Positions 27,622 through 37,428 of a stretch of DNA of 64,000 bases are shown one piece after another. The stretch is from Candidatus Flemingiibacterium sp. (lineage in GTDB: Bacteria; Bacillota; Clostridia; Oscillospirales; CAG-272). A program made the position numbers and the translations under genes. Under the pieces are notes generated by a model that was given only the letters and a program-made list of their open reading frames with translations, did no database searches and was not told where the DNA came from. Where the stretch lies: NCBI GenBank assembly GCA_045579745.1, contig JAZNMQ010000020.1, forward strand, positions 4,108 through 68,107, written 5' to 3'. The number at the start of each line of letters is the position of its first letter. The first letter of the stretch is position 1.

Positions 27622-28209
27622 ATGGCAGCATGGTGGAATTCTCTGACGGCGCTTCAGCAGATTTTTGCCTTAATCGGCATTCCTGCAACGCTCGTTTTAA
27701 TCGTACAGACAGTTCTTCTTTTGTTTGGCATCGGCGACGGTGAGGCTGACGGCGATGTCGATATCGACGATTTTGATACGGCTGGCGGCGGCGACGGAGG
27801 CTTGACATTATTTTCAATTCGCGGAATTGTTGCAATGTTCTGCGTTGCCGGTTGGGCAGGAATAGTGTTCATTGATATTGGGCTTAATAATATCGTATCA
27901 ATTTTACTTGCCGCAGCTTGCGGATTTGCCGCACTTGTAGGCTTGGCTTATCTTATGAGAGCTGTGGTGAAGCTTCAATCCGACGGTACTATTCAGATAG
28001 GCTCAGCAATCGGAAAAATCGGAGAAGTCTACATCCCGATTCCTCCAAAGGGTCAAGGAAAGGGCAAAATTAATATCACCATTCAGGACAGATTTGTCGA
28101 AGTCGATGCTATCTCGACCGCCGAAGAAACGCTAGCCACAGGGCAATCGGTTCGCGTTGTATCAACAAACGAAGCCGGTCTTGTTGTTGTCGAGCGCATT
28201 GTTGACTGA
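27622..28209 (+). CDS. NfeD-family membrane protein
   Basis: ORF 27613-28209, start at ATG 27622 after AAAGGAGAG. TM segments plus a C-terminal OB-like NfeD domain (GKIGEVYIPIPP...GQSVRVVS). It lies upstream of the flotillin gene, as in known nfeD-flotillin pairs. Confidence 0.7.
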   Translation: MAAWWNSLTALQQIFALIGIPATLVLIVQTVLLLFGIGDGEADGDVDIDDFDTAGGGDGGLTLFSIRGIVAMFCVAGWAGIVFIDIGLNNIVSILLAAACGFAALVGLAYLMRAVVKLQSDGTIQIGSAIGKIGEVYIPIPPKGQGKGKINITIQDRFVEVDAISTAEETLATGQSVRVVSTNEAGLVVVERIVD

Positions 28210-28270
28210 CGGCGATTTAAAGGATGTCGGAATATGACAGCAAATTGAAATCCTATACGGAGGGAAGATA

Positions 28271-28513
28271 ATGAAATGCCCTTATTGCAGTGAGCAGATG
28301 GAAAAGGGACTTATACAAAATTCGCACGAAATTGCGTGGCTTCCCGGCGAAAAGCGAAAATTCTTTGGAAGAGCGGAATTTCACAGCGGCGCAGTTGTTC
28401 TGTCCGAATTTTCAGCAATAAAAGGCTCTGCTGTAACCGCCTTCATCTGCAAAAATTGCAAAAAAGTAGTTATTGACTATTCGGATTACAAATCTGATTT
28501 CAATAACAGATAG
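28271..28513 (+). CDS. small zinc-ribbon protein
   Basis: GGAGGG RBS. CPYC...CKNC four-Cys arrangement. 80 aa. Confidence 0.6.
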   Translation: MKCPYCSEQMEKGLIQNSHEIAWLPGEKRKFFGRAEFHSGAVVLSEFSAIKGSAVTAFICKNCKKVVIDYSDYKSDFNNR

Positions 28514-28588
28514 TACAGAATATATTTCTCGGAATATAGGCACCATTTTTGAAAATACTAAAAAATATTTATAAAGGAGAATAAAATT

Positions 28589-29995
28589 ATGCCTTACTCA
28601 ACTGGTTCAACCGTCTTAATTCTTGTATGCGTTATTGCGCTTCTTGTTCTGACGACACTTATAGTAATAGCTTCGCGCTACAAAAAGTGCCCGTCCGACA
28701 AGGTCATGGTAATCTACGGTAAAGTCGGAAACAATGCCGACGGTACATCTCGTTCAGCTAAGTGTATTCACGGTGGTGCGGCTTTCATTTGGCCGGTTAT
28801 TCAGTCTGTTGAATTTCTTGACCTGACGCCGATATCCATCAACGTCGATTTAAAGAATGCGCTTTCCAAGCAGAACATTCGTGTTGATGTTCCCTCTCGC
28901 TTCACGGTAGGTATTTCCACTGAGGCAGGTGTAATGCAGAACGCAGCTGAGCGTATGCTCGGACTCCGTCTCGACGATATTCAGGAGCTTGCAAAGGATA
29001 TCATCTTCGGTCAGCTCCGTCTTGTAATCGCTACAATGGAAATTGAAGAGATCAACACCGACCGCGATAAATTCCTCGAAGCAGTTTCCCGTAACGTTGA
29101 AACCGAGCTTAAGAAAATCGGTCTGCGCCTCATTAACGTAAACGTCACAGATATCACCGACGAGAGCGGATACATCGTTGCTCTTGGTAGAGAAGCGGCT
29201 GCTAAAGCTATCAACGACGCGAAGATCTCCGTTGCACAGGCTGACCGCGAGGGTGCAATCGGTTCCGCAAACGCAGAGCGCGATCAGAGAATCAATGTTT
29301 CGCTCGCAAACTCAGAGGCTATCAAGGGTGAAAACGAAGCTAAGGTTCAGATAGCAGAATCAGAGTCTATCCGTCGCGAGCGCGAGGCAGAGGCTCTCAA
29401 GCGTGCGACCGCAGCAGAGAAGATTCAGGCTGCTAAGGCTCTCGAAGAGGCTTACGCCGCACAGAAGGCTGCCGAGCAGGCTCGTGCTTCGCTTGAGCAG
29501 GCAACTCTCGAGGCTGATATCATCGTAAAAGCAGAAATCGAAAAGAAGCAAATCGAGCTCAAGGCTGAGGCTGAGGCTGAACAGATCAGACGTCGTGCAA
29601 AGGGTGAAGCTGACGCTACACTTCTTAAAATGCAGGCTGAGGCTGACGGTATGCGTGAAATACTCAAAAAGCAGGCAGAAGGTTTTGCAGAGATTGTTAA
29701 GTCGGCAGGCGGCGAGTCGAACGATGCTATCCGTCTGATGATTGCCGACAAGCTGGAGGAGCTCACTAAGATTCAGGTTGAGGCTATCAAGAATCTGAAG
29801 ATCGACAAGGTTACCGTTTGGGACGGCGGCAACTCGGGCGAAAACGGCAAGACCGCTACTGCAAACTTCCTCTCCGGCATGATGAAATCTATCCCTCCGA
29901 TGAATGAAATGTTCGACATGGCAGGCATGAAGCTCCCCACCTACCTTGGAACTGAAAAGACAGACGAGGTCGAGCTCTCCGACAAAGCGGAATAA
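28589..29995 (+). CDS. flotillin-family (SPFH/band-7) protein
   Basis: AAAGGAGA RBS. N-terminal TM anchor, an SPFH domain and a long Ala/Glu/Lys coiled-coil (flotillin repeat region). Confidence 0.85.
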   Translation: MPYSTGSTVLILVCVIALLVLTTLIVIASRYKKCPSDKVMVIYGKVGNNADGTSRSAKCIHGGAAFIWPVIQSVEFLDLTPISINVDLKNALSKQNIRVDVPSRFTVGISTEAGVMQNAAERMLGLRLDDIQELAKDIIFGQLRLVIATMEIEEINTDRDKFLEAVSRNVETELKKIGLRLINVNVTDITDESGYIVALGREAAAKAINDAKISVAQADREGAIGSANAERDQRINVSLANSEAIKGENEAKVQIAESESIRREREAEALKRATAAEKIQAAKALEEAYAAQKAAEQARASLEQATLEADIIVKAEIEKKQIELKAEAEAEQIRRRAKGEADATLLKMQAEADGMREILKKQAEGFAEIVKSAGGESNDAIRLMIADKLEELTKIQVEAIKNLKIDKVTVWDGGNSGENGKTATANFLSGMMKSIPPMNEMFDMAGMKLPTYLGTEKTDEVELSDKAE

Positions 29996-30012
29996 TCCCC
30001 AAATAATAACAA

Positions 30013-30819
30013 ATGCAAAAAGCTAAGAAAAAGGGATATATTAAGCAGCTCACAGATGAAATTCGTCAGAACAAATCGACATTTGCGCTGTTTATTATAC
30101 TTCGAACACTTGTAATTATTGTCGGAGTCCGTCAGCTCCTTAATGGAAACTATGAAAACGTATTTCTGTGTGCTGTCACCCTGGTTCTGTTCTTAGTTCC
30201 TCCGTTTGTTTCGAAAACGTTCCGCGTACGGCTCCCATCCGCGCTCGAAAATATTGTGTATATCTTTATTTTCGCGGCGGAAATCTTAGGAGAGATTGGC
30301 GATTATTATGTCAACTATCCGATGTGGGATACCATGCTTCACACGGCAACGGGATTTCTTGCTGCGGCGATGGGTTTGTCGCTTATCGACCTTCTCAATC
30401 GAAGTGAGCGAGTAAAATTCACGCTTTCTCCGTTGTTCGTTGCTCTCGTATCGTTTTGCTTTTCAATGACGATCGGCGTCCTTTGGGAATTTTTTGAATT
30501 CTTTGCCGATTATGTACTGCTCACCGACATGCAAAAGGATACGGTCATAACCTCGATATCGTCAGTATTATTAAATCCCGACCTTGTCAACTCGCCCATC
30601 AGAATTACCGACATAACCTCAACTTCGGTAAACGGGCAGGCGCTCAATATTGGCGGCTACCTCGACGTCGGACTTTATGATACCATGAAGGATATGTATG
30701 TCAACTTTATCGGAGCTGTCGTTTTCTCGATAATCGGATTCTTTTACACCAAATATTCCGGCAAAAACAAGAGTGCGAAAATCGTTGACAGCTTGATAAT
30801 CAAACGCAAGGGCGAATAG
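30013..30819 (+). CDS. integral membrane protein, function unknown
   Basis: 268 aa with multiple hydrophobic spans. Last gene of the flotillin operon. A hairpin terminator follows at about 30841-30876. Confidence 0.6.
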   Translation: MQKAKKKGYIKQLTDEIRQNKSTFALFIILRTLVIIVGVRQLLNGNYENVFLCAVTLVLFLVPPFVSKTFRVRLPSALENIVYIFIFAAEILGEIGDYYVNYPMWDTMLHTATGFLAAAMGLSLIDLLNRSERVKFTLSPLFVALVSFCFSMTIGVLWEFFEFFADYVLLTDMQKDTVITSISSVLLNPDLVNSPIRITDITSTSVNGQALNIGGYLDVGLYDTMKDMYVNFIGAVVFSIIGFFYTKYSGKNKSAKIVDSLIIKRKGE

Positions 30820-30994
30820 CCTATATTAAAAAACAGCAAATGAGCCGATATGGATTTAATTCCGTATCGGCTCTTTTCTATGGCACCGTCGTAACCGGTG
30901 GTGAGCAAGTGCGCGCTAAGGCTTCAGCCGTTTTTCTGACTAGCCCTGCTTTTGCGTGCAAAAAGCAATACCCCGCGCGAGGCGGGGCAAGAGA

Positions 30995-32227
30995 TCATTT
31001 CAAAATACAGACATTTGTAATAGTTTGGTAACCGAGTTCTGTAGAGTTAAACATACCACTTTTGTTTTCATCAGGTGTATTTGGGGTTTGTATATCGTCA
31101 ATCGGTAATGCGCCTTTTTCAAGGGCGGCATTGGTTACAAATTTGAAAGCATACTGATACAGCTCTTCGGTTTCATATTCCGGTAAAGCAGTAGTTACTA
31201 CGCAATTGTTTATGACAAATCCGTGTGCACTCTGTAAGCCTCCGTCACTTACTCCAATTAAGCGTACGCCTTTGAATATGCCGAACATAAATACGGAATG
31301 CTCGTTATTACCGAGTATATCTCTTTGATATAGCTCGTGCTTCAAATACTTTAACCTCGGAGAATTACTTCCTCGGCTCGGATATCGTTCCGAAAAGAAC
31401 TTTTCCACAAGATCGATATCATCATATTTGATAAGCCGCATGGTAATATCCTCTATGGGAGTGAGTACATATGGCTCGCCCGTATAGATATTGCTTTGAC
31501 GGCGATTGATATTATCAATCGTTACACCACGCTTTGAAAATTCATCTTTTATTTCTTCATCGGATTCCAAAGTGTACAGAACCATGTCAAAGCGCTTGTC
31601 TGAAAAGACCTTTTTATATTCAGCAATTTTATCCCAATCATCACAAATGATCTCTCCTTCAAATCGGTCATCCCATTCGGTAAACCAAACAAAACCTTCT
31701 TTGAAGTCTTCACCATTATATAGAGCGACACCGCCGTTGACGCGGAAGCAAACGGCGATATATCCGAAGCGGAGCGCATCCGTTTCGAGAAGGTAGTCGA
31801 TCACTTCATCGCTGTCAGCTATCTTGAAATTTTTGAACTCATGCAAAAGTCTTGCTCCAATTGTGTCGTTATAAAAATCACCGTAATAGGCTTCTATTTT
31901 TTCATACTTTTTTCTGTATTCGCTCGGTGACATACCGTATTGATTTTTGAATGCTCTTGAAAAACTTTCGTGTGCTTCATATCCGCAATCCAAAGCAATG
32001 TCAAGAATATCGTTATTCGTTCCTCGCAAAAGCTGGGCAGCCTTTTTCAATCGACTAAAACGTACATATTCCATAATATTAAATCCGGTGTGCGCGAAGA
32101 AAACACGGTTGAAGTAATCTGTAGAAAAGCCTGCATGGTTTGCTATGTCTTCAATGGTAATATCGCTTTTCTTGTTTTCCGCCTTTATATAGTTAAGTGC
32201 TTTTGTAATAAGCTCGCTATTTTCCAT
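30995..32227 (-). CDS. AraC-family transcriptional regulator with an N-terminal HTH and a large C-terminal domain
   Basis: ORF 30995-32254, start at ATG 32227. The AraC HTH pair (IEDIANHAGFSTDYFNRVF...YGMSPSEYRK) is at the N-terminus. The gene is AT-rich. Confidence 0.75.
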   Translation of the reverse strand: MENSELITKALNYIKAENKKSDITIEDIANHAGFSTDYFNRVFFAHTGFNIMEYVRFSRLKKAAQLLRGTNNDILDIALDCGYEAHESFSRAFKNQYGMSPSEYRKKYEKIEAYYGDFYNDTIGARLLHEFKNFKIADSDEVIDYLLETDALRFGYIAVCFRVNGGVALYNGEDFKEGFVWFTEWDDRFEGEIICDDWDKIAEYKKVFSDKRFDMVLYTLESDEEIKDEFSKRGVTIDNINRRQSNIYTGEPYVLTPIEDITMRLIKYDDIDLVEKFFSERYPSRGSNSPRLKYLKHELYQRDILGNNEHSVFMFGIFKGVRLIGVSDGGLQSAHGFVINNCVVTTALPEYETEELYQYAFKFVTNAALEKGALPIDDIQTPNTPDENKSGMFNSTELGYQTITNVCILK

Positions 32228-32326
32228 GAATAGCCCTCCTGATTTCAAATTCAAACGTTCAGCTGTATGTTTGTGATATCATTATAGCATACAGCTTTTA
32301 TATTGTCTTGACAGAAAACGCTGAAT

Positions 32327-32365
32327 TAAAAAATGGCGTACCTATTTTGTCGCAGGCACGCCATT
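32327..32365 (-). terminator. intrinsic terminator after the MetH-like gene
   Basis: Minus-strand hairpin ATGGCGTGCC / GGTACGCCAT (one mismatch) followed by a T-run. Confidence 0.6.
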
Positions 32366-32416
32366 TTGAATCATTTTCGGCTGTTTTTTCGATAATTTAT
32401 AGCCGCTATACCGCGA

Positions 32417-34141
32417 TTATTTTCCGACATTCTCGATATATCCCTCACAGCTCTCATCCTTGCCCGCAAGCATCAAATAGGTGCTGTATGCCTGCATCAT
32501 ACTGTTTGATCCGGGATTAACAATCGCAGCTGAGAGGCCGTTGTTGGCGGCGAGAACGAAGAATGTACTGTTAATCAGATCTCTCTTTGGAAGCCCAAAT
32601 GAAACATTCGAAATACCGAGCATCGTGCGGCATCCAAGCTCATCCCTTATAAGCTTTAATGCACGAAGTGTTTCGCTCGCCGAAGCTGTGTTCGTTCCAA
32701 CGGGCAATGCAAGTGTATCAAAGATAAGATTTTCTTTGCCGATTCCGAAGCTCTCCGCACGTGCAAGAATCTTTCTTGCAATCTCAAGTCTGTCCTCGGC
32801 GCGAGAGGGTATGCCGTTCTCATCAAGCGTGAGTGCAACAATCATTCCGCCGTATTTTTTCGCGATCGGAAGAATAGCATTCAAGCTCTCCTCTTTGCCG
32901 TTCAGCGAATTTATCAATGCCTTGCCGTTATAGCGGCGCACAGCTGCCTCGATAGCCTCGGGGTTCGAGCTGTCGATCTGCAACGGTATATCGACAATGG
33001 CTTGAAGCTCACATACAACATTTTTCAGCGTTTCAACCTCGTCAATTTCGGGAGTGCCCACATTTACATCAAGAATTTGTGCGCCCTCCTCCTTTTGAGT
33101 TATCGCTTCGTCGATTATATAGTCGATATCCTCGCAGGCAAGCGCCTCAACAAGCTCAGCCTTGCCCGTCGGATTAATGCGCTCTCCGATAAGTATCGGC
33201 GTATCCTCAAAAACAACTGTCTGCTTATAAGATGAAACTACCGCACGATTCTTTTTGACAAGCGGAATCGGCTCAATTCCACCACATTTTTGAGTGAGCG
33301 CACGAATATGCTCCATCGTGGTTCCGCAGCAGCCGCCCGCAACTCTCACGCCCTTTTTGATAAGCGATTTTACATTTTCCGCAAAATCATCCGGCATGAC
33401 GTCATAAACGGTTCTGCCGTCAGCCTGTCGCGGAAGCCCTGCATTCGGCTTTAGCAGTACGGGAATCGATGCACACTCAAGATATTCCTCGATTATCGGA
33501 GCAAGCGCATCAGGTCCAAACGAACAGTTGCAGCCAATAGCATCCGCTCCCATTCCCTCAAGCAAAGCAACCATCGCTGCAGGTGATGCGCCTGACATTA
33601 GTCTGCCGTTTTTTTCATAAGCATTTGAAACAAATACGGGAAGCTCACTGTTCTCTTTTGCCGCAAGGAGCGCCGCCTTTGTTTCATAGCTATCAATCAT
33701 CGTTTCTATCATGATCAGATCGCAGCCATATTTTACGCCAAGCTTTACCGTTTCAGCGAAAATCGAAACAGCCTTTTCAAAATCAAGATCGCCAAGCGGT
33801 GCCAGCATGCGTCCTGTCGGGCCAATATCAAGCGCCACCCATTTTTCCTGCTTGCCAACCGAGGCTTCGGCGGCGCGGCGTGCGTTATCAACCGCCGCTT
33901 TCACTATCTCCTCGAGCTCGTCGTATGAATATTTAAGAATGTTCGCACCAAAAGTATTTGTATTTACGACATTGCTTCCCGCATCAAAGTAGCTTCGGTG
34001 TATATTAGTGACGATATCGGGGTGGCTCAGATTCCAACGCTCGGGCAGCTCGCCTGCCTTTAGTCCGTTCATCTGCAAAAGCGTGCCCATGCTTCCGTCA
34101 AGGAACAAGAGGTTATTTTTCAAATAATCTGTAATCTTCAT
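32417..34141 (-). CDS. homocysteine S-methyltransferase + pterin-binding (MetH-like) protein without a B12-binding domain
   Basis: N-terminal Hcy domain (FLDGSMGTLL, GGCCGTT). C-terminal pterin-binding domain (ERINPTGK...ILDVNVG). The ORF stops at 574 aa, before any DxHxxG cobalamin module. Confidence 0.8.
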   Translation of the reverse strand: MKITDYLKNNLLFLDGSMGTLLQMNGLKAGELPERWNLSHPDIVTNIHRSYFDAGSNVVNTNTFGANILKYSYDELEEIVKAAVDNARRAAEASVGKQEKWVALDIGPTGRMLAPLGDLDFEKAVSIFAETVKLGVKYGCDLIMIETMIDSYETKAALLAAKENSELPVFVSNAYEKNGRLMSGASPAAMVALLEGMGADAIGCNCSFGPDALAPIIEEYLECASIPVLLKPNAGLPRQADGRTVYDVMPDDFAENVKSLIKKGVRVAGGCCGTTMEHIRALTQKCGGIEPIPLVKKNRAVVSSYKQTVVFEDTPILIGERINPTGKAELVEALACEDIDYIIDEAITQKEEGAQILDVNVGTPEIDEVETLKNVVCELQAIVDIPLQIDSSNPEAIEAAVRRYNGKALINSLNGKEESLNAILPIAKKYGGMIVALTLDENGIPSRAEDRLEIARKILARAESFGIGKENLIFDTLALPVGTNTASASETLRALKLIRDELGCRTMLGISNVSFGLPKRDLINSTFFVLAANNGLSAAIVNPGSNSMMQAYSTYLMLAGKDESCEGYIENVGK

Positions 34142-34289
34142 TTTATTCGGCTTTCGATCGAAAGCATCCTTTCGTAAACTTTAATTTTCATATAAACAGT
34201 ATACCATTAAAAATGCTCGGTCGCAATACCTTTTGCTTATTTCGATTAAAAATTTGCTGATTAGTTATAATATTATAGAAGCCTTTCAC

Positions 34290-34318
34290 TTGACTTTCTT
34301 GAATATTTGAGGTACAAT
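34290..34318 (+). promoter_or_regulatory. sigma-A-type promoter for htpG
   Basis: TTGACT 34290-34295, a 17-nt spacer, TACAAT 34313-34318. Confidence 0.6.
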
Positions 34319-34462
34319 ATATGGAGAAGTATTATATTTTATAAGCATGCAACGCTTTGATTTTTGCACATCATTCCCCTATCAGGGAAAAGCATAGAGC
34401 AAATTCAAGGTTGAATTTTAATTAAACTCAAATCATTTATAGCTATTATGAGGTACTGTAAA

Positions 34463-36313
34463 ATGTCAGAAGTAACCACGCAAAAGGGCGGAATCTCCGT
34501 CGAAATCGAGCACATATTTCCAATAATAAAGAAATGGCTCTATTCGGAAAAGGAGATCTTTCTTCGCGAGATAGTGTCAAACGCTTGCGACGCGATCACA
34601 AAGCTGAAGCGCCTGTCTTCGCTCGGCGAAGCTCAGATCGATGACACAAACTATAAAATTACAATAACAATAGATAAAGCGGCTCGTACTCTCACCGTTT
34701 CCGATAACGGAATCGGTATGACTGAGGACGAGGTTCGCCGATATATCTGTCAAATCGCACTTTCAGGCGCACTTGAATTTATCCAAAAATACGAGGGATC
34801 GGATACTGCTGACGGCATCATCGGCCATTTCGGTCTTGGCTTCTATTCTGCATTTATGGTCAGCGACACGGTCGATGTCATTACCCGTTCATTCAAGACC
34901 GAAAATGCGGTAAAATGGGTGTGCACCGAGGCAGGCGAATATGAGATCACAACCGACTACTATCGCGAGGAGCGCGGTACCGATGTCGTTATGCACATCA
35001 TGGACGACGAGGCTGAATTTCTCGAGGAAGCTCGCATCAGGGCTATCCTTGATAAATACTGCTCGTTCATGCCCGTTGAGATTTATCTCAACACAGCTAA
35101 TGCTGACGATTCCGAAGAGCCCTCCGACGAAAAGAAGCCTGTTAACGATATAAATCCTCTTTGGCAGAAGAATGCCTCCGATTGCACCGACGAGGAATAC
35201 AATAGCTTCTATCACAAGGTTTTCGCTGACTTCCGCGAGCCGCTTTTCCATATTCATTTGAACGCGGATTATCCGCTGAACTTCAAGGGTATTCTCTACT
35301 TCCCTCGCCTTTCGCACGAATATGACAGCCTTGAAGGTCAGGTAAAGCTTTACTATAATCAGGTTTTTGTCGCAGACAACATAAAGGAAGTTATCCCCGA
35401 ATTTCTGCTTATGCTCAAGGGCGTGCTTGACTGCCCCGAGCTCCCGTTGAACGTTTCGAGAAGCTATCTCCAAAACAGCGGTTATGTAGCAAAAATCTCC
35501 GCGCACATAGTAAAGAAGGTAGCTGACAAGCTCTGCTCTATGTTCAATCTCGACCGCGAGAATTATGAGAATCTTTGGGCAGATCTCAAAACCTTTGTCG
35601 AATACGGCTGTCTGCGCGACCGCAAATTCTATGACCGCGTAAAGAACGCAGTTATCTACAAAACGACCGACGGCAAGTACGTTACCCTCCCAGAATATCT
35701 CGAGAAGGCTAAGGAAAAGCACGAAAACACCGTCTACTATACAGCTGACATGACCGCTCAGACGCAGTACATTTCGATGTTTGCTGCGGAGGGCATTGAG
35801 GTAATCGTGCTTGACAAGATGATCGACACGCAGTTTATCAATGTGATTGAGCAGGATAACTCCGACGTTAAATTCGTTCGAATCGACGCAGATGTTGCAG
35901 GTGCGCTCAAGGCTGACGGAACCGCAGAGAACAACGAAAAGCTCACTGCGCTTTTCAAAGAGGTCAGCAAAAAAAGTGAGCTCAAGGTTAAATTCGAGCT
36001 TCTCAAAAACGAGGGCATCCCTGCTATTCTCAACATCTCCGAGGAATCCCGCCGCATGGAGGACATGATGAAAATGTACCGCATGCACGGCGAAAGTCTT
36101 GACGGCATGAGCTTCCCGATAGACCAAACGCTCGTCGTCAACGCTTCAAATCCGCTCATCAAGCGTCTTTGCACCGATGAGCTTGATACCGAGAAAAGCA
36201 GAAAAATTGCAAAGCAGATCTACACCCTCGCGCTTTTGGCACAGCGTCAGCTTACGGCGAATGAGCTTCAGGACTTCCTCGCCGACAGCTTCGACATGCT
36301 GGCAAGCATTTAA
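34463..36313 (+). CDS. htpG: molecular chaperone HtpG (Hsp90)
   Basis: ORF 34448-36313, start at ATG 34463 after GAGG. Motifs LYSEKEIFLREIVSNACDA and GQFGLGFYS-like HFGLGFYSAFMV. Confidence 0.9.
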   Translation: MSEVTTQKGGISVEIEHIFPIIKKWLYSEKEIFLREIVSNACDAITKLKRLSSLGEAQIDDTNYKITITIDKAARTLTVSDNGIGMTEDEVRRYICQIALSGALEFIQKYEGSDTADGIIGHFGLGFYSAFMVSDTVDVITRSFKTENAVKWVCTEAGEYEITTDYYREERGTDVVMHIMDDEAEFLEEARIRAILDKYCSFMPVEIYLNTANADDSEEPSDEKKPVNDINPLWQKNASDCTDEEYNSFYHKVFADFREPLFHIHLNADYPLNFKGILYFPRLSHEYDSLEGQVKLYYNQVFVADNIKEVIPEFLLMLKGVLDCPELPLNVSRSYLQNSGYVAKISAHIVKKVADKLCSMFNLDRENYENLWADLKTFVEYGCLRDRKFYDRVKNAVIYKTTDGKYVTLPEYLEKAKEKHENTVYYTADMTAQTQYISMFAAEGIEVIVLDKMIDTQFINVIEQDNSDVKFVRIDADVAGALKADGTAENNEKLTALFKEVSKKSELKVKFELLKNEGIPAILNISEESRRMEDMMKMYRMHGESLDGMSFPIDQTLVVNASNPLIKRLCTDELDTEKSRKIAKQIYTLALLAQRQLTANELQDFLADSFDMLASI

Positions 36314-36339
36314 CTAACAATTCAGAAAGGACTTCGCAT

Positions 36340-37428
36340 ATGGGCTCAGTATTCGGCACAAAATTAAAGCTTTCTGTTTTCGGTGAATCTCACGGGACCG
36401 CAATCGGCGTCGTGATCGACGGTTTTCCGGCAGGACTTGAGCTTGACTATGATTATATCGGCGCGTTCATGAAGCGCAGAGCTCCGGGCGGCAGCTTTTC
36501 AACCGCTCGTACCGAGGCTGATATTCCAAATATCGTGAGCGGTGTTTCAAACGGCATCACAAACGGTTACCCAATATGCGCAGTCATTGAAAACACGAAC
36601 CAACACAGCGCATCCTATTCGGACAAAATGACAGTTCCCCGTCCGTCGCATGCGGATTACCCGGCAGCAATAAAGTTCGGTGAGCATGCAGAGCTGCACG
36701 GTGGAGGTCATTTCTCGGGCAGATTAACCGCTCCTCTCGTTTTCGCAGGCGCGCTCTGCTCACTATATCTGAAGCGCTTCGGTGTTGAGATCGCGGCACA
36801 TATAAAGCAGATACTTGATGTTACCGACAACAGCTTCGCTCCAGACGTTACCGCCGCAGAGCTTGTAAAGCTAAAGGAAAAAGCATTCCCCACGCTTAAC
36901 GACAACGCAGGCGAAGCATTTGCGGATATAATCAACTCAGCAAAAGCAAAAGGCGATTCGGTCGGAGCCAAGCTCGAATGTATCGCTATCGGAGTTCCTG
37001 CGGCACTCGGCGAGCACATGTTCGAGAGTGCGGAATCCGAAATTTCACAGCTCATGTTTGCAATTCCCGCCGTTAAGGGCATCGAATTCGGCGCAGGCTT
37101 TGACTTCTGCCGCATGTACGGCTCAAGCGCGAATGACGCGTTTGAATACAAAGGCGGCAGAATCGTTACAAGAAGCAACAACTGCGCAGGTATACTCGGC
37201 GGCATGACTACGGGAATGCCAATCGTATTTTCCATCGCAGTAAAGCCAACCCCGTCAATTTTCCTCGAGCAGGATTCAGTCGACCTTGAAAAGGGCTGCA
37301 GCACAAAGCTCGCGATAAAAGGTCGTCACGACCCCTGCATAGCAGTCAGAGCTGTTCCGGTCGTCGAGGCCTGCACAGCAATAGCAATAACCTCACTTAT
37401 TTTGAAATCGGATGGTAAAAAGCTATGA
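36340..37428 (+). CDS. aroC: chorismate synthase
   Basis: Motifs GESHG, RPSHADY and the GRHDPC-type KGRHDPCIAVRA. Confidence 0.9.
   Translation: MGSVFGTKLKLSVFGESHGTAIGVVIDGFPAGLELDYDYIGAFMKRRAPGGSFSTARTEADIPNIVSGVSNGITNGYPICAVIENTNQHSASYSDKMTVPRPSHADYPAAIKFGEHAELHGGGHFSGRLTAPLVFAGALCSLYLKRFGVEIAAHIKQILDVTDNSFAPDVTAAELVKLKEKAFPTLNDNAGEAFADIINSAKAKGDSVGAKLECIAIGVPAALGEHMFESAESEISQLMFAIPAVKGIEFGAGFDFCRMYGSSANDAFEYKGGRIVTRSNNCAGILGGMTTGMPIVFSIAVKPTPSIFLEQDSVDLEKGCSTKLAIKGRHDPCIAVRAVPVVEACTAIAITSLILKSDGKKL

Noticed and set aside
29011-29766. Minus-strand ORFs within the flotillin gene.
   Set aside because: They arise from the Ala/Glu-rich coiled-coil coding region, which reads open on the opposite strand. 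They are low complexity.
34142-34447. I looked for a SAM or cobalamin riboswitch, or a T-box, upstream of the MetH-like gene (minus strand).
   Set aside because: I found no conserved core elements by eye. The region is AT-rich and contains the htpG promoter instead. A covariance-model scan would be needed for a definitive negative.
34889-36127. 412-aa minus-strand ORF.
   Set aside because: It is fully antisense to htpG, whose Hsp90 motifs are unambiguous.
36708-37304. 198-aa minus-strand ORF.
   Set aside because: It is antisense to aroC.
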